Below the pieces are notes generated by a model. That model was not told the DNA's origin. It searched no databases and saw nothing but the letters and a program-made list of their open reading frames with translations. A stretch of DNA of 64,000 bases from a virus (Duplodnaviria; Caudoviricetes): positions 1 through 64,000 of IMG/VR virus record IMGVR_UViG_3300001580_000013, one strand, 5' to 3'. Both the position numbers and the translations under genes were made by a program. Positions 20,755 to 28,957 of this stretch are shown in pieces; position 1 is the first letter of the stretch; each line of letters starts with the position of its first letter.

Positions 20755-22131
20755 TTATGAAATATCTTCTATATTTATTTCACCTTTATCATTTTCTTCT
20801 GTTTCTCCATGAACAAATCTGAAAGATTTTAATTTATAAACATCAACGAAATTAACATCATCAAATCTTACAACTACTCCCTCTTCTGGTAATTTGTTTC
20901 TGCATATATAACAATCCTTTTCGTTGAAATCTTTTTTCATTTGTTTTAATAATTCTATTTTCCACAACTCAATATCTGATCCATCAAAATACGGATAATA
21001 TTGTTCAATTGTTCCATAATATAATTCCGGAACAACAGTTATTTTACCATCAACCAATCCTCTCTCTTTACACCAATTTTGAACCTGTTTAGCAGAAAAT
21101 TCATACACATCACCATTCAAATTTGTGTAAGTTATTCTGTAGATATAAATTCTAAATTCATTATCTTTACAACCATAATCAAATGGAACTTTTTTAAACG
21201 ATTGTATGATTTCCCCCGTTTTTGTGAATCCTGCTATCTCACAATACAGAGTTAATCCATTGGTCAAATATTCTTTAATTATTTCATTTGCATCTTTCCA
21301 TACATCTGTTTTATAAAAATGATTTTGAACTTTTTCTGTAAGAGAAAATTCATTCTTTATAACTTTTCTGCTCGCATACAAATTATCATATTCATACGTA
21401 ACTATATCTGCTCCGAGTTTTTGAAGAAATCGCTGATACCATGATAATTTTTTCTTTACAAGTACTTTGGAAAAAACAGCGGATGTTCCGTGTATCTTGT
21501 AGGTATAACTGACTAATCTTTTTGGAGATAGAAGATGTATAAATTTTCCCAGATGTTTTGTTTCTTTTATGTGGAATCTAAATTGATCATCAAGCAATCG
21601 TGATACTCGTGCTACTTTTCTCATATTTTTATTTCTTTCGCCCTTTACATACTGAGGAATAACTATATATTTTTCACAAATCGGAACATCATTTATTTCA
21701 TCAAAGGTATCTCCAACTTTGAACGAATCCGTTGTAATATCAAAAGATAATTTACCGACATAAGCTAAAGTAATCATAACAGAAACCAATGGCATAAACA
21801 AACCGTTTGAAGGATTCCCCTGTAACTTAATAGCTCTTATTCTACCTTTTTCGGAAATATAACCTTTCTTAGTAGTATCATGGTTAAGTTCGGGTTTGTC
21901 GTAAAGGTTATTATATTTAAGAAAGTCCGGAGAAAGTTTTGTCTCTGCTGGAAAATATACACCAATATCTCCAACTTTCGCATCCCTACCAAGAATCACA
22001 GAATTGCCGAAAATAGATGATCCGACTATTGTTTTACATTCTTCTCCTTTGACGGTGAACAGAGGAACAATGTTTTTAATTTCTACTACAGTTGCACAAT
22101 AATTTTCATTTTTTGGTTTTTTAAATTCCAT
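20755..22131 (-). CDS. RNA ligase (Rnl2/DRB0094-like)
   Basis: N-terminal VGDIGVYFP module; nucleotidyltransferase motifs YKIHGTS, YCEIAG, EEGVVVR, YKLKSFRF. Confidence 0.88.
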   Translation of the reverse strand: MEFKKPKNENYCATVVEIKNIVPLFTVKGEECKTIVGSSIFGNSVILGRDAKVGDIGVYFPAETKLSPDFLKYNNLYDKPELNHDTTKKGYISEKGRIRAIKLQGNPSNGLFMPLVSVMITLAYVGKLSFDITTDSFKVGDTFDEINDVPICEKYIVIPQYVKGERNKNMRKVARVSRLLDDQFRFHIKETKHLGKFIHLLSPKRLVSYTYKIHGTSAVFSKVLVKKKLSWYQRFLQKLGADIVTYEYDNLYASRKVIKNEFSLTEKVQNHFYKTDVWKDANEIIKEYLTNGLTLYCEIAGFTKTGEIIQSFKKVPFDYGCKDNEFRIYIYRITYTNLNGDVYEFSAKQVQNWCKERGLVDGKITVVPELYYGTIEQYYPYFDGSDIELWKIELLKQMKKDFNEKDCYICRNKLPEEGVVVRFDDVNFVDVYKLKSFRFVHGETEENDKGEINIEDIS

Positions 22132-22351
22132 CTTTCTCTCCTGTTATCAAATTTTTAATCACTTCAACAAAATCATCACAATAAAGAACTACGTTATCTT
22201 CCATATTACAATCATCGCAATATCCCAAATGTATATTAACTGAACCAGCCAGAAATGTGTTATTTCCATCTCCGAAAAAATCAGTATTGGTTTTTACGAG
22301 CATTCCGGGTTTAAGATTTGTCACACCTGATTCGTATTTCTTCCAATTCAT
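22121..22351 (-). CDS. hypothetical SH3-like protein
   Basis: NLKPGMLVKT motif. Confidence 0.6.
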   Translation of the reverse strand: MNWKKYESGVTNLKPGMLVKTNTDFFGDGNNTFLAGSVNIHLGYCDDCNMEDNVVLYCDDFVEVIKNLITGEKDGI

Positions 22352-22533
22352 TTAGTTTCTCCCTTATCTTCTTTTGTCATTTTATCATATAAATCCAATA
22401 GCAGTCTTAACGCATGATCTTTATTGAAAGTTTCTTCATACTCAGAGTGAGAACCCTTCCAACACCAATCACCAATTACAGAATCTACCAAAATACATTC
22501 TACTTCTTTTTCAAATTCTTTTTTACTTATCAT
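22348..22533 (-). CDS. hypothetical early protein (N-terminus shared with 25205-25429)
   Basis: MISKKEFEKEVECIL start. Confidence 0.7.
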   Translation of the reverse strand: MISKKEFEKEVECILVDSVIGDWCWKGSHSEYEETFNKDHALRLLLDLYDKMTKEDKGETK

Positions 22534-22560
22534 TTTGCTCTCCCATGATTGATTTACTGC

Positions 22561-22589
22561 AATATAAGAAATAAAAATTAAAATGTCAA
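22561..22589 (-). promoter_or_regulatory. early promoter
   Basis: TTGACA-17-TATATT. Confidence 0.85.
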
Positions 22590-22600
22590 GTAAAATATCT

Positions 22601-22813
22601 TCATTTATTATCTTTGCAAAATTTAAATAATGTTATTAATTCTTCCACTGTTGCGTCCTCGAGAGAATAGTCCCAATCCCATCTGTCAGAAAATCCACCA
22701 GTATAGCTTCCATATTTCTTTAACAGAGGATGACCGATATCCATCGCTTTATAACTCGGATCATGGCCGCGCACCAAACAAATCAAATCATCTTTATCTA
22801 AAAATTTTTTCAT
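22601..22813 (-). CDS. hypothetical protein
   Basis: ORF with AGGAGAG SD. Confidence 0.7.
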   Translation of the reverse strand: MKKFLDKDDLICLVRGHDPSYKAMDIGHPLLKKYGSYTGGFSDRWDWDYSLEDATVEELITLFKFCKDNK

Positions 22814-22825
22814 TTATTCTCTCCT

Positions 22826-23146
22826 TTAAAAACTTCTCGAAATTATTCCACCAGACCACTCTTCTTCCTCTTTCTTATACTCTTTATAGTAGCTATCTAC
22901 TTTTTTCTTTTTAGTTTGAACCAATGCGCCGTTTATACATTTTTCTGGTAAGATTTGTTCTTCCATCAACAATGCTACAACACCATAAATATCATTGAGT
23001 TCGTTTATTAATCTTTTTCTATTGCTCAAAGTTTCATCAGGAGCAATGTTGTCAATTCCGAATCTGTTTACCTTAGAACAAAGTTCTGCTACTTCAGCAC
23101 ATTCCTCAGAAAGAACAGTCATCAAATATTCAATTTTATTCATCAT
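22826..23146 (-). CDS. mazG: MazG-like nucleotide pyrophosphohydrolase
   Basis: LSEECAEV...SKVNRFG...NELNDIYGV: EExxE...ExxD all-alpha NTP-PPase motif. Confidence 0.7.
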   Translation of the reverse strand: MMNKIEYLMTVLSEECAEVAELCSKVNRFGIDNIAPDETLSNRKRLINELNDIYGVVALLMEEQILPEKCINGALVQTKKKKVDSYYKEYKKEEEEWSGGIISRSF

Positions 23147-23147
23147 T

Positions 23148-23330
23148 TTATTTTTGTCCTTTTCTCTGTTTTATTTCTTCATTCAAATTAAATATTTGAG
23201 TGAGCAGAGTTCTTTTATAATTCCAATCCTCAGCCATACCAATCATCATTTCTAATCCTTGCACATTTTTCTCCATATCTTCAATTTCTTCTTGCATGTT
23301 ATTTTTGATGTGTTCTGCTATTTTACTCAT
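23148..23330 (-). CDS. hypothetical coiled-coil protein
   Basis: ORF in operon. Confidence 0.6.
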   Translation of the reverse strand: MSKIAEHIKNNMQEEIEDMEKNVQGLEMMIGMAEDWNYKRTLLTQIFNLNEEIKQRKGQK

Positions 23331-23766
23331 TATGTTTTTCCTCTTTGTTTAAATCTTTCAAAAAATCATGTATCTGAACCATAGATTCTTTGTGTGAATC
23401 AAAAACTTTATGTGATTGAAGTTCACCGTTTTCTTTATAAACATATCCAACCAAGGGAGTAGTATGATCGTGAATCATTTGAACTTCTATTGTGTTGTCC
23501 TTGTTATATTTTAAAAAACTCTTTAATTTTCCTTTATCAAAATTAAATATACCATAACCATCAGTTTCATCTTTGCCGGTTATTTTGATTTCAATGGTTA
23601 AATTATTTTCGCGAGCAACTCTGCAAGCTTCTACATGCTTTCCCTCACTTTTTAATTGTTCGATTTTATCCAAACAGTATTCGTATGATATACACTCACA
23701 TCTACTAGAAAAAACTCTTCCATCTTTTGCCACAAATTCTTCTGATATGTTTAATTTAATTTTCAT
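23323..23766 (-). CDS. hypothetical protein
   Basis: FVAKDGRVFSSRCECISYE motif common in phage early proteins. Confidence 0.65.
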   Translation of the reverse strand: MKIKLNISEEFVAKDGRVFSSRCECISYEYCLDKIEQLKSEGKHVEACRVARENNLTIEIKITGKDETDGYGIFNFDKGKLKSFLKYNKDNTIEVQMIHDHTTPLVGYVYKENGELQSHKVFDSHKESMVQIHDFLKDLNKEEKHNE

Positions 23767-23781
23767 TTTCAGCCACCACTT

Positions 23782-24045
23782 TTAGATTTTAATTCCAAGT
23801 TTCTTTTCAATTTCTTTTATCGTCATTACAGTTTCATTATCGTAACCAATAATTTCTTCTTTTTTAGTATCAGCAACAAAACTACACAATATTCTATTGT
23901 CATACTTGATCATACAATGTTTGCAATATGCACATGCGCCAGAATTTACCATTATAAGTGAATTATTGAGGTGTTCTCGGTGTGGACAGGGAGTTAAACA
24001 TTTATTACCATTCATTCGATACTTTATTTCTTCGACATCTTTCAT
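23782..24045 (-). CDS. hypothetical Cys-rich protein, C-terminus probably frameshifted
   Basis: C-terminal MTIKEIEKKLGIK matches 20329-20694 and then stops. Confidence 0.65.
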   Translation of the reverse strand: MKDVEEIKYRMNGNKCLTPCPHREHLNNSLIMVNSGACAYCKHCMIKYDNRILCSFVADTKKEEIIGYDNETVMTIKEIEKKLGIKI

Positions 24046-24066
24046 CTTTATTTCTCCTTTATTGTT

Positions 24067-24768
24067 TTATTTGTATAGAGCTTCAAATTGTTTTAATTTC
24101 TTCCAGCTATTGTTAACCATAAAAACATTTCCACTACTCATTGTCATACTACCATCATATTCAAAATATCTTTCAACATAATTTCTGAAAGGATAATATC
24201 TTATAACAATACCTTTATCAATCACTTTATCGAAGTATTCCAAACCATTAAACGAATTAGTCTCAAAATATTTCCAGCCATCAGCTATTAATTTTTGTTT
24301 TGTAATTAAATCATCTATTTTCAAAAATTCTGATAATTCTTCTGCTTCTTTGTAATCTATAAGAACACAATCCGTATATATTCTACCAGTTCTCAGATGC
24401 CAAAAAGCATATTTGATTCTTTCCCATAACATTGGCCATTTTGGAAGTCCGAGGAAATGTTTATCAGAGCAACCAGATTCATACAACGAGAAATTAAAAC
24501 CTAAGTGTTTTTCATCTTTCTCAATTCTAACAATTTCATTCCCACAACGACACTGTATGTATTTGACCTCATTTTTTACTTCTGGTGCTTTTGTTGATGG
24601 TGTTATTGTGTATGTTCCAGTGTATGTTTTAGTCCCCTCAGCACTAAAGGTATAATTTATATTAATGTTTTCTTCTCTTGGTTCTGGTTCACTTTTATTT
24701 TCTTTAATAATCACTGGTGGTCTAACTATAACCAACTTTGGATCACAAACAAACTTTTCATCTTTCAT
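24067..24768 (-). CDS. hypothetical protein
   Basis: Long ORF in operon. Confidence 0.7.
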   Translation of the reverse strand: MKDEKFVCDPKLVIVRPPVIIKENKSEPEPREENININYTFSAEGTKTYTGTYTITPSTKAPEVKNEVKYIQCRCGNEIVRIEKDEKHLGFNFSLYESGCSDKHFLGLPKWPMLWERIKYAFWHLRTGRIYTDCVLIDYKEAEELSEFLKIDDLITKQKLIADGWKYFETNSFNGLEYFDKVIDKGIVIRYYPFRNYVERYFEYDGSMTMSSGNVFMVNNSWKKLKQFEALYK

Positions 24769-25208
24769 TTCTTTCCTCTCATTTTATAGTAAATAGTTCC
24801 TTCAATTTCTTTTGTTTTCTCTAATTCTCTCATCCACTTTCTTTTCAATAAAATTTTCTTACCTTTTTTATATTCATACTTTCTTGTGTACCATAGAGAA
24901 CCATTTGTGTTATCAGGTATTAAATTGTAGTATATACTATCAGCTATTCCAATGCACTTCTTCAATGATCGTCTTTCTAATTTATTATCGCTTAATAATC
25001 TATTTTTGTGTAGTTCTATTTCTTCAGGATTATAACAAGAGAAATGTTTTGGATGAAATACTACACTCTCATAGCTATTTGTGAATAATCTACTATCTAC
25101 TCGGTTCTTAACAACCCAACCATGAGCAATTTTAGATTGGTAACCATCACCACCGGATTCAAAGAAAATAGTCAGTGCTAGCAGATATATATCAAAAAAT
25201 GCTCTCAC
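24765..25208 (-). CDS. cell wall hydrolase (SleB/Hydrolase_2 family)
   Basis: LALTIFFES...VVKNRV...VVFHPKHFSC...GSLWY. Confidence 0.85.
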   Translation of the reverse strand: MRAFFDIYLLALTIFFESGGDGYQSKIAHGWVVKNRVDSRLFTNSYESVVFHPKHFSCYNPEEIELHKNRLLSDNKLERRSLKKCIGIADSIYYNLIPDNTNGSLWYTRKYEYKKGKKILLKRKWMRELEKTKEIEGTIYYKMRGKK

Positions 25209-25429
25209 TTAATTAATTCTTGTATATAATTCACTGTGTAATAAGAACTGAGAACAAAGAAAATAAATGGTATCAGCCAATATAATAGTTTATATTCTCC
25301 TGTTTTGTTTACTATCATAGCAACAACTATTATTATGTTTTGTGCTGTAACCACGAAAAACAAACCCCACAGAACGGATTCCGCCAAAATGCACTCCACT
25401 TCTTTTTCAAATTCTTTTTTACTTATCAT
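25205..25429 (-). CDS. chimeric two-TM membrane protein
   Basis: First ~19 codons shared with 22348-22533, then hydrophobic. Confidence 0.6.
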   Translation of the reverse strand: MISKKEFEKEVECILAESVLWGLFFVVTAQNIIIVVAMIVNKTGEYKLLYWLIPFIFFVLSSYYTVNYIQELIK

Positions 25430-25457
25430 TTATTCTCTCCCATAATTGATTTATGGT

Positions 25458-25486
25458 AATATAAGATATACAAATTAAAATGTCAA
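25458..25486 (-). promoter_or_regulatory. early promoter
   Basis: TTGACA-17-TATATT. Confidence 0.85.
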
Positions 25487-25504
25487 GTAAAATCTTTAAA
25501 ATTT

Positions 25505-25512
25505 TATAAATA
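25505..25512 (+). promoter_or_regulatory. T4-type late promoter driving tnpB-1
   Basis: TATAAATA 7 nt before ATG, no SD. Confidence 0.75.
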
Positions 25513-25519
25513 TAAGTAT

Positions 25520-26728
25520 ATGATAAGAACGTCTAAACATATTCTCAAATTTGCCAACCAAAATAAATTAGATTTATTAGAACAAATTTATTTTGATTGT
25601 AAAAAGCAAATTGAAGTTTATATTGATCAAATTATATCGGCAAAGCTGGAATTAAGTAAGAGGATGAGCAGCAAATTGTTATCTAATGATTTCACAAAAA
25701 ACTCCGATTGGAAAAATTTATGTTATCAACAAGCTTCTTCCACCATCGGAAGTCAATACAAAAAAGCATCCAATAAAAGATTTAATTCTTACAAAAAGAT
25801 TTACACCAAACTAAAAGAACAAAATAGATATCAAAAATTTTTATCAAAGAAATTCTCTGAATTAAATTTAAAACCAATTCAACAAACAAAATATTTCACT
25901 AAACCAAAATTGAATAATGTAACTATAATTATTCCAAAAAATTTAATTAATTTCACTTCGGATTCTAAATCCTTTGATTCATTTATTAGATTAACTACAC
26001 CATATAAAAAATCCATTCATAGATATCAAACCATCAATATTCCAATAAAATATCATTTTCATTCCAATAAATTTAGAACTTCTGGGTGGAAGTTGAAAAA
26101 TTCTATTTCCTTGAACAAAGTTAATGATAACTTATACTTTGATTTATTTTGGGAGAAAGAGCAAGTTACAAAGAAAACAAAAGGAAAGCAAATAGGTTTA
26201 GATTGTGGTTATAAGAAGCTACTCATTTCATCAGAAAATAAAATATATGATTTGGGTATGAAGAAAATCTATAACAAACTATCCAGAAAGAAACAAGGAT
26301 CAAAGAATTTTAAGCAAGCATTAACTGAGAGAGATAATTTAATTAATCGAAGTATAAACAAGATAGAAATGGAAGAAATAAAAACAATTGTAGTTGAAGA
26401 TTTAAAGAATGTAAAGTTGGGAAGCAAATTTAGTAAAAAATTTAATAACAAGCTACAGAGATGGAGTTATCCAAAGGTTTTGGTGAAGCTATCTATGATT
26501 TGTGAGGAACAAGGAATAAACTTGGTTAGAGTTGATCCTGCTTATACAAGTCAAACATGTAGTAAATGTGGATTTAAAGATAAGAAAAACCGTTCTGGTG
26601 AACGGTTCTTGTGTTTGAGTTGCGGAATGACTATGGATGCTGATTATAATGCATCAATTAATATTTTGCATAGAGGCATATACAGTTCCTCTACCGAAAA
26701 TAATAAAGCTGATTTAAAGGTTAGCTGA
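25520..26728 (+). CDS. tnpB: RNA-guided endonuclease TnpB (copy 1)
   Basis: RuvC-I GLDCG, RuvC-II VVEDL, YTSQTCSKCG...CLSCG zinc finger, RuvC-III DADYNASINI; 402 aa. Confidence 0.93.
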   Translation: MIRTSKHILKFANQNKLDLLEQIYFDCKKQIEVYIDQIISAKLELSKRMSSKLLSNDFTKNSDWKNLCYQQASSTIGSQYKKASNKRFNSYKKIYTKLKEQNRYQKFLSKKFSELNLKPIQQTKYFTKPKLNNVTIIIPKNLINFTSDSKSFDSFIRLTTPYKKSIHRYQTINIPIKYHFHSNKFRTSGWKLKNSISLNKVNDNLYFDLFWEKEQVTKKTKGKQIGLDCGYKKLLISSENKIYDLGMKKIYNKLSRKKQGSKNFKQALTERDNLINRSINKIEMEEIKTIVVEDLKNVKLGSKFSKKFNNKLQRWSYPKVLVKLSMICEEQGINLVRVDPAYTSQTCSKCGFKDKKNRSGERFLCLSCGMTMDADYNASINILHRGIYSSSTENNKADLKVS

Positions 26729-26752
26729 CTGTAGAATACAAATTAATAGTAA
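26560..26752 (+). ncRNA. putative omegaRNA of tnpB-1 (5' end uncertain); guide ~26733-26752
   Basis: Hairpins TAGAGG/CCTCTA (26671-26693) and AGCTGATT/GGTTAGCT (26707-26726); identity with copy 2 ends at GACTGT (26732). Confidence 0.65.
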
Positions 26753-26764
26753 CATTTTATACTC

Positions 26765-27652
26765 CTATTTTAGTTTTTTCTGAATCATTTTTTTAGTTAT
26801 TCCGCTAATTTCTTCAAATGCTTTATAATCAAAGTTTGGAAGATTCAACAATAATTCAACATCTTCTTTACTCGCAAATTCAAATGATTTCTGAAAACAC
26901 TCTTTATATGTTTTACCAGCTTCTAAATTAAAATAAATAAAATTGGGTTTCTTAGACTCTTCCCATAACTTTCTATCACAATCTTTATTAAATATTCTAA
27001 CTGTTTCTGATTGTATAGTATTAAAGAAACCTGTTTCGTAATTACAATTATTCCAGTTACCCGTATTCCTGTTACCCGTATTCCAGTCACCTGTATTGCT
27101 GTCACCCGTATTCCTGTTACCCGTATTCCAGTCACCTGTATTGCTGTCACCTGTATTCCAGTCACCTGTATTGCTGTAACCTGTATTCCAGTTACCTGTA
27201 TTCCTGTCACCTGTATTGCTGTCACCCGTATTCCAGTCACCTGTATTCCAGTCACCTGTATTCCAGTCACCTGTATTGCTGTTACCTGTATTGCTGTTAC
27301 CTGTATTGCTGTTACCTGTATTGCTGTTACCTGTATTTCTGTTACCCGTATTGCTGTTATTATCATATTTGACAATAACTTCTTTTACAAATTTAAAAGA
27401 TTTACAAACATGTTTTTCTATTACACCAACAGAATCACCCTCTTCTAAATCTTCTGCTTCAATTTCAAAGATTCTATTTGTTTCCTTATCAATCCACATA
27501 TTCCAATATTCCGTTACATGATATCCTTTATTACACAAAGAAATATCATCAATTCTCGGAACTGATTTTCCGCTATTAACATATTCAGTGTAATCAAATG
27601 TTCCACCATCTTTCGCTTGCAAATCTTTGTTTAATACTTTGTAGAGTTTCAT
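26765..27652 (-). CDS. NTG-type pentapeptide-repeat protein
   Basis: 20 x NTG[NDY][RSW]; conserved phage N- and C-terminal flanks (GYHVTEYW; LPNFDYKAFEEISGI). Confidence 0.85.
   Translation of the reverse strand: MKLYKVLNKDLQAKDGGTFDYTEYVNSGKSVPRIDDISLCNKGYHVTEYWNMWIDKETNRIFEIEAEDLEEGDSVGVIEKHVCKSFKFVKEVIVKYDNNSNTGNRNTGNSNTGNSNTGNSNTGNSNTGDWNTGDWNTGDWNTGDSNTGDRNTGNWNTGYSNTGDWNTGDSNTGDWNTGNRNTGDSNTGDWNTGNRNTGNWNNCNYETGFFNTIQSETVRIFNKDCDRKLWEESKKPNFIYFNLEAGKTYKECFQKSFEFASKEDVELLLNLPNFDYKAFEEISGITKKMIQKKLK
27053..27352. repeat. 15-bp coding tandem repeat, 20 units
   Basis: Units like cctgtattccagtca / cctgtattgctgtta. Confidence 0.95.
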
Positions 27653-27682
27653 TTTATTCTCTCCTTTTTTAAATTCAATAGT

Positions 27683-27711
27683 AATATAAGATATTTTTAA
27701 CTAAATGTCAA
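27683..27711 (-). promoter_or_regulatory. early promoter
   Basis: TTGACA-17-TATATT. Confidence 0.85.
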
Positions 27712-28531
27712 GGATTATTTGTATTGCTTCAAATTTTTTATTTTCAAATGGATAGCCAACTGGATTTGATATAAATTTAGTATCACCAAATAAATATTCC
27801 TGCTTAACATGTGTATGACCATAAATCCAATATTTCGCATTAGAGTATTCTGCGAAACCCATTCCGTTGAAGAAATATGCTCCTGTAAGTAAATCATATT
27901 TGTAAGGTTCATAAGCAAAGAATGGCTCGTTTAAAGGGCTAATATGGGTAACTATAATATCAACTTGGTCATATACCTTAGATATTTTCTCCTTATCCGA
28001 AAATGACCACGCTTGCATATTTTCCCAAGTTAATTGCTCTGTGTCTTTTATCATTCCTTTAATGTAATTACCATCATTCATATTTCTATACCAATACTTC
28101 ATTATATTAACCGCTGTCATACAAGGATTTAATTTCTGTGTATAAGAAAAATCATACCAACCAGTACAACCCGATATTCTTACTCCATCAATTTCTTCAA
28201 TTTGACCATCGAGAACAATTACTCCAAGTTTTTTAATTTCTTCCACAAGATATTTAGCTCTGATTTCATAATTATCAAATTTATCGCTTTCAGAATTAGA
28301 GAAATAGTGATCGTGGTTGCCCAAAACTACCAAAATCTTCTGATAATAATATCTCTTTAAATGTTTTAGAAAACTTAGTGTATCAGCTATAGAATTAGAA
28401 ATATCACCAGCAATGATAATATTATCAGATTTTGGTTTAATAAAATTTTTAATATAAAGACCAATCTTCCGTGGATTATTCGCGGTATGATGAGTGTAGT
28501 GAAGGTCTGATATTATGTCAAATTTAGTCAT
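27701..28531 (-). CDS. calcineurin-like metallophosphoesterase
   Basis: SDLH, AGDI, GNHD, VTHISP, YGHTH motifs. Confidence 0.9.
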   Translation of the reverse strand: MTKFDIISDLHYTHHTANNPRKIGLYIKNFIKPKSDNIIIAGDISNSIADTLSFLKHLKRYYYQKILVVLGNHDHYFSNSESDKFDNYEIRAKYLVEEIKKLGVIVLDGQIEEIDGVRISGCTGWYDFSYTQKLNPCMTAVNIMKYWYRNMNDGNYIKGMIKDTEQLTWENMQAWSFSDKEKISKVYDQVDIIVTHISPLNEPFFAYEPYKYDLLTGAYFFNGMGFAEYSNAKYWIYGHTHVKQEYLFGDTKFISNPVGYPFENKKFEAIQIILDI

Positions 28532-28533
28532 TA

Positions 28534-28956
28534 TTAAATCTTATCAAAAAGTTGTTTGTTGGTTATAATATTATTTGTATATCCGAGTTCTCTTTCTTCT
28601 GTAAGATATTCATGTACCAATTGATTAACTGCTATTATGTTTGTATCTGTTGATATATTATCATGAAGATTTTCAAAAGCTCTCATAAGTTCTTGTCTAT
28701 CTTTTTCAGTAGGTACTATTATTTTATAGCTAACATAATCTTCTTGTTTTGGGTCTTCATCATCTGCATATCTTTTCGGTGCTATACACAAATCTTCATA
28801 TCTACAATAATGGTCATATCCATACGAAAGATTATCCCACTTTACCAAACAACCATCTTTGGAAGTTTTACCAACAACACCCTCCAAATCTTTAAGCCGT
28901 TTATGGCATACTCTTGTTTTGCCAGATTCCAAATATTTTATTTCGTTATTGTTCAC
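28534..28956 (-). CDS. hypothetical protein
   Basis: ORF with AGGAG SD. Confidence 0.65.
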   Translation of the reverse strand: MNNNEIKYLESGKTRVCHKRLKDLEGVVGKTSKDGCLVKWDNLSYGYDHYCRYEDLCIAPKRYADDEDPKQEDYVSYKIIVPTEKDRQELMRAFENLHDNISTDTNIIAVNQLVHEYLTEERELGYTNNIITNKQLFDKI

Positions 28957-28957
28957 C

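Noticed and set aside
25520-26728. Nuclease-dead TnpB repressor (TldR) interpretation
   Set aside because: All three RuvC acidic residues are present in both copies
26733-26752. Perfect self-targets for either guide within the window
   Set aside because: By eye only 11-nt matches were found (25468, 52000); a computed scan of the whole genome is still needed
27053-27352. CRISPR or TIGR-like array
   Set aside because: Units are contiguous 15-mers without unique spacers and lie in a coding frame
26923-27521. Alternative-frame ORFs (VTAIQ, IPVT, SPVFQ repeats)
   Set aside because: Shadows of the stop-free 15-bp repeat; only the NTG frame has SD, promoter and non-repeat flanks
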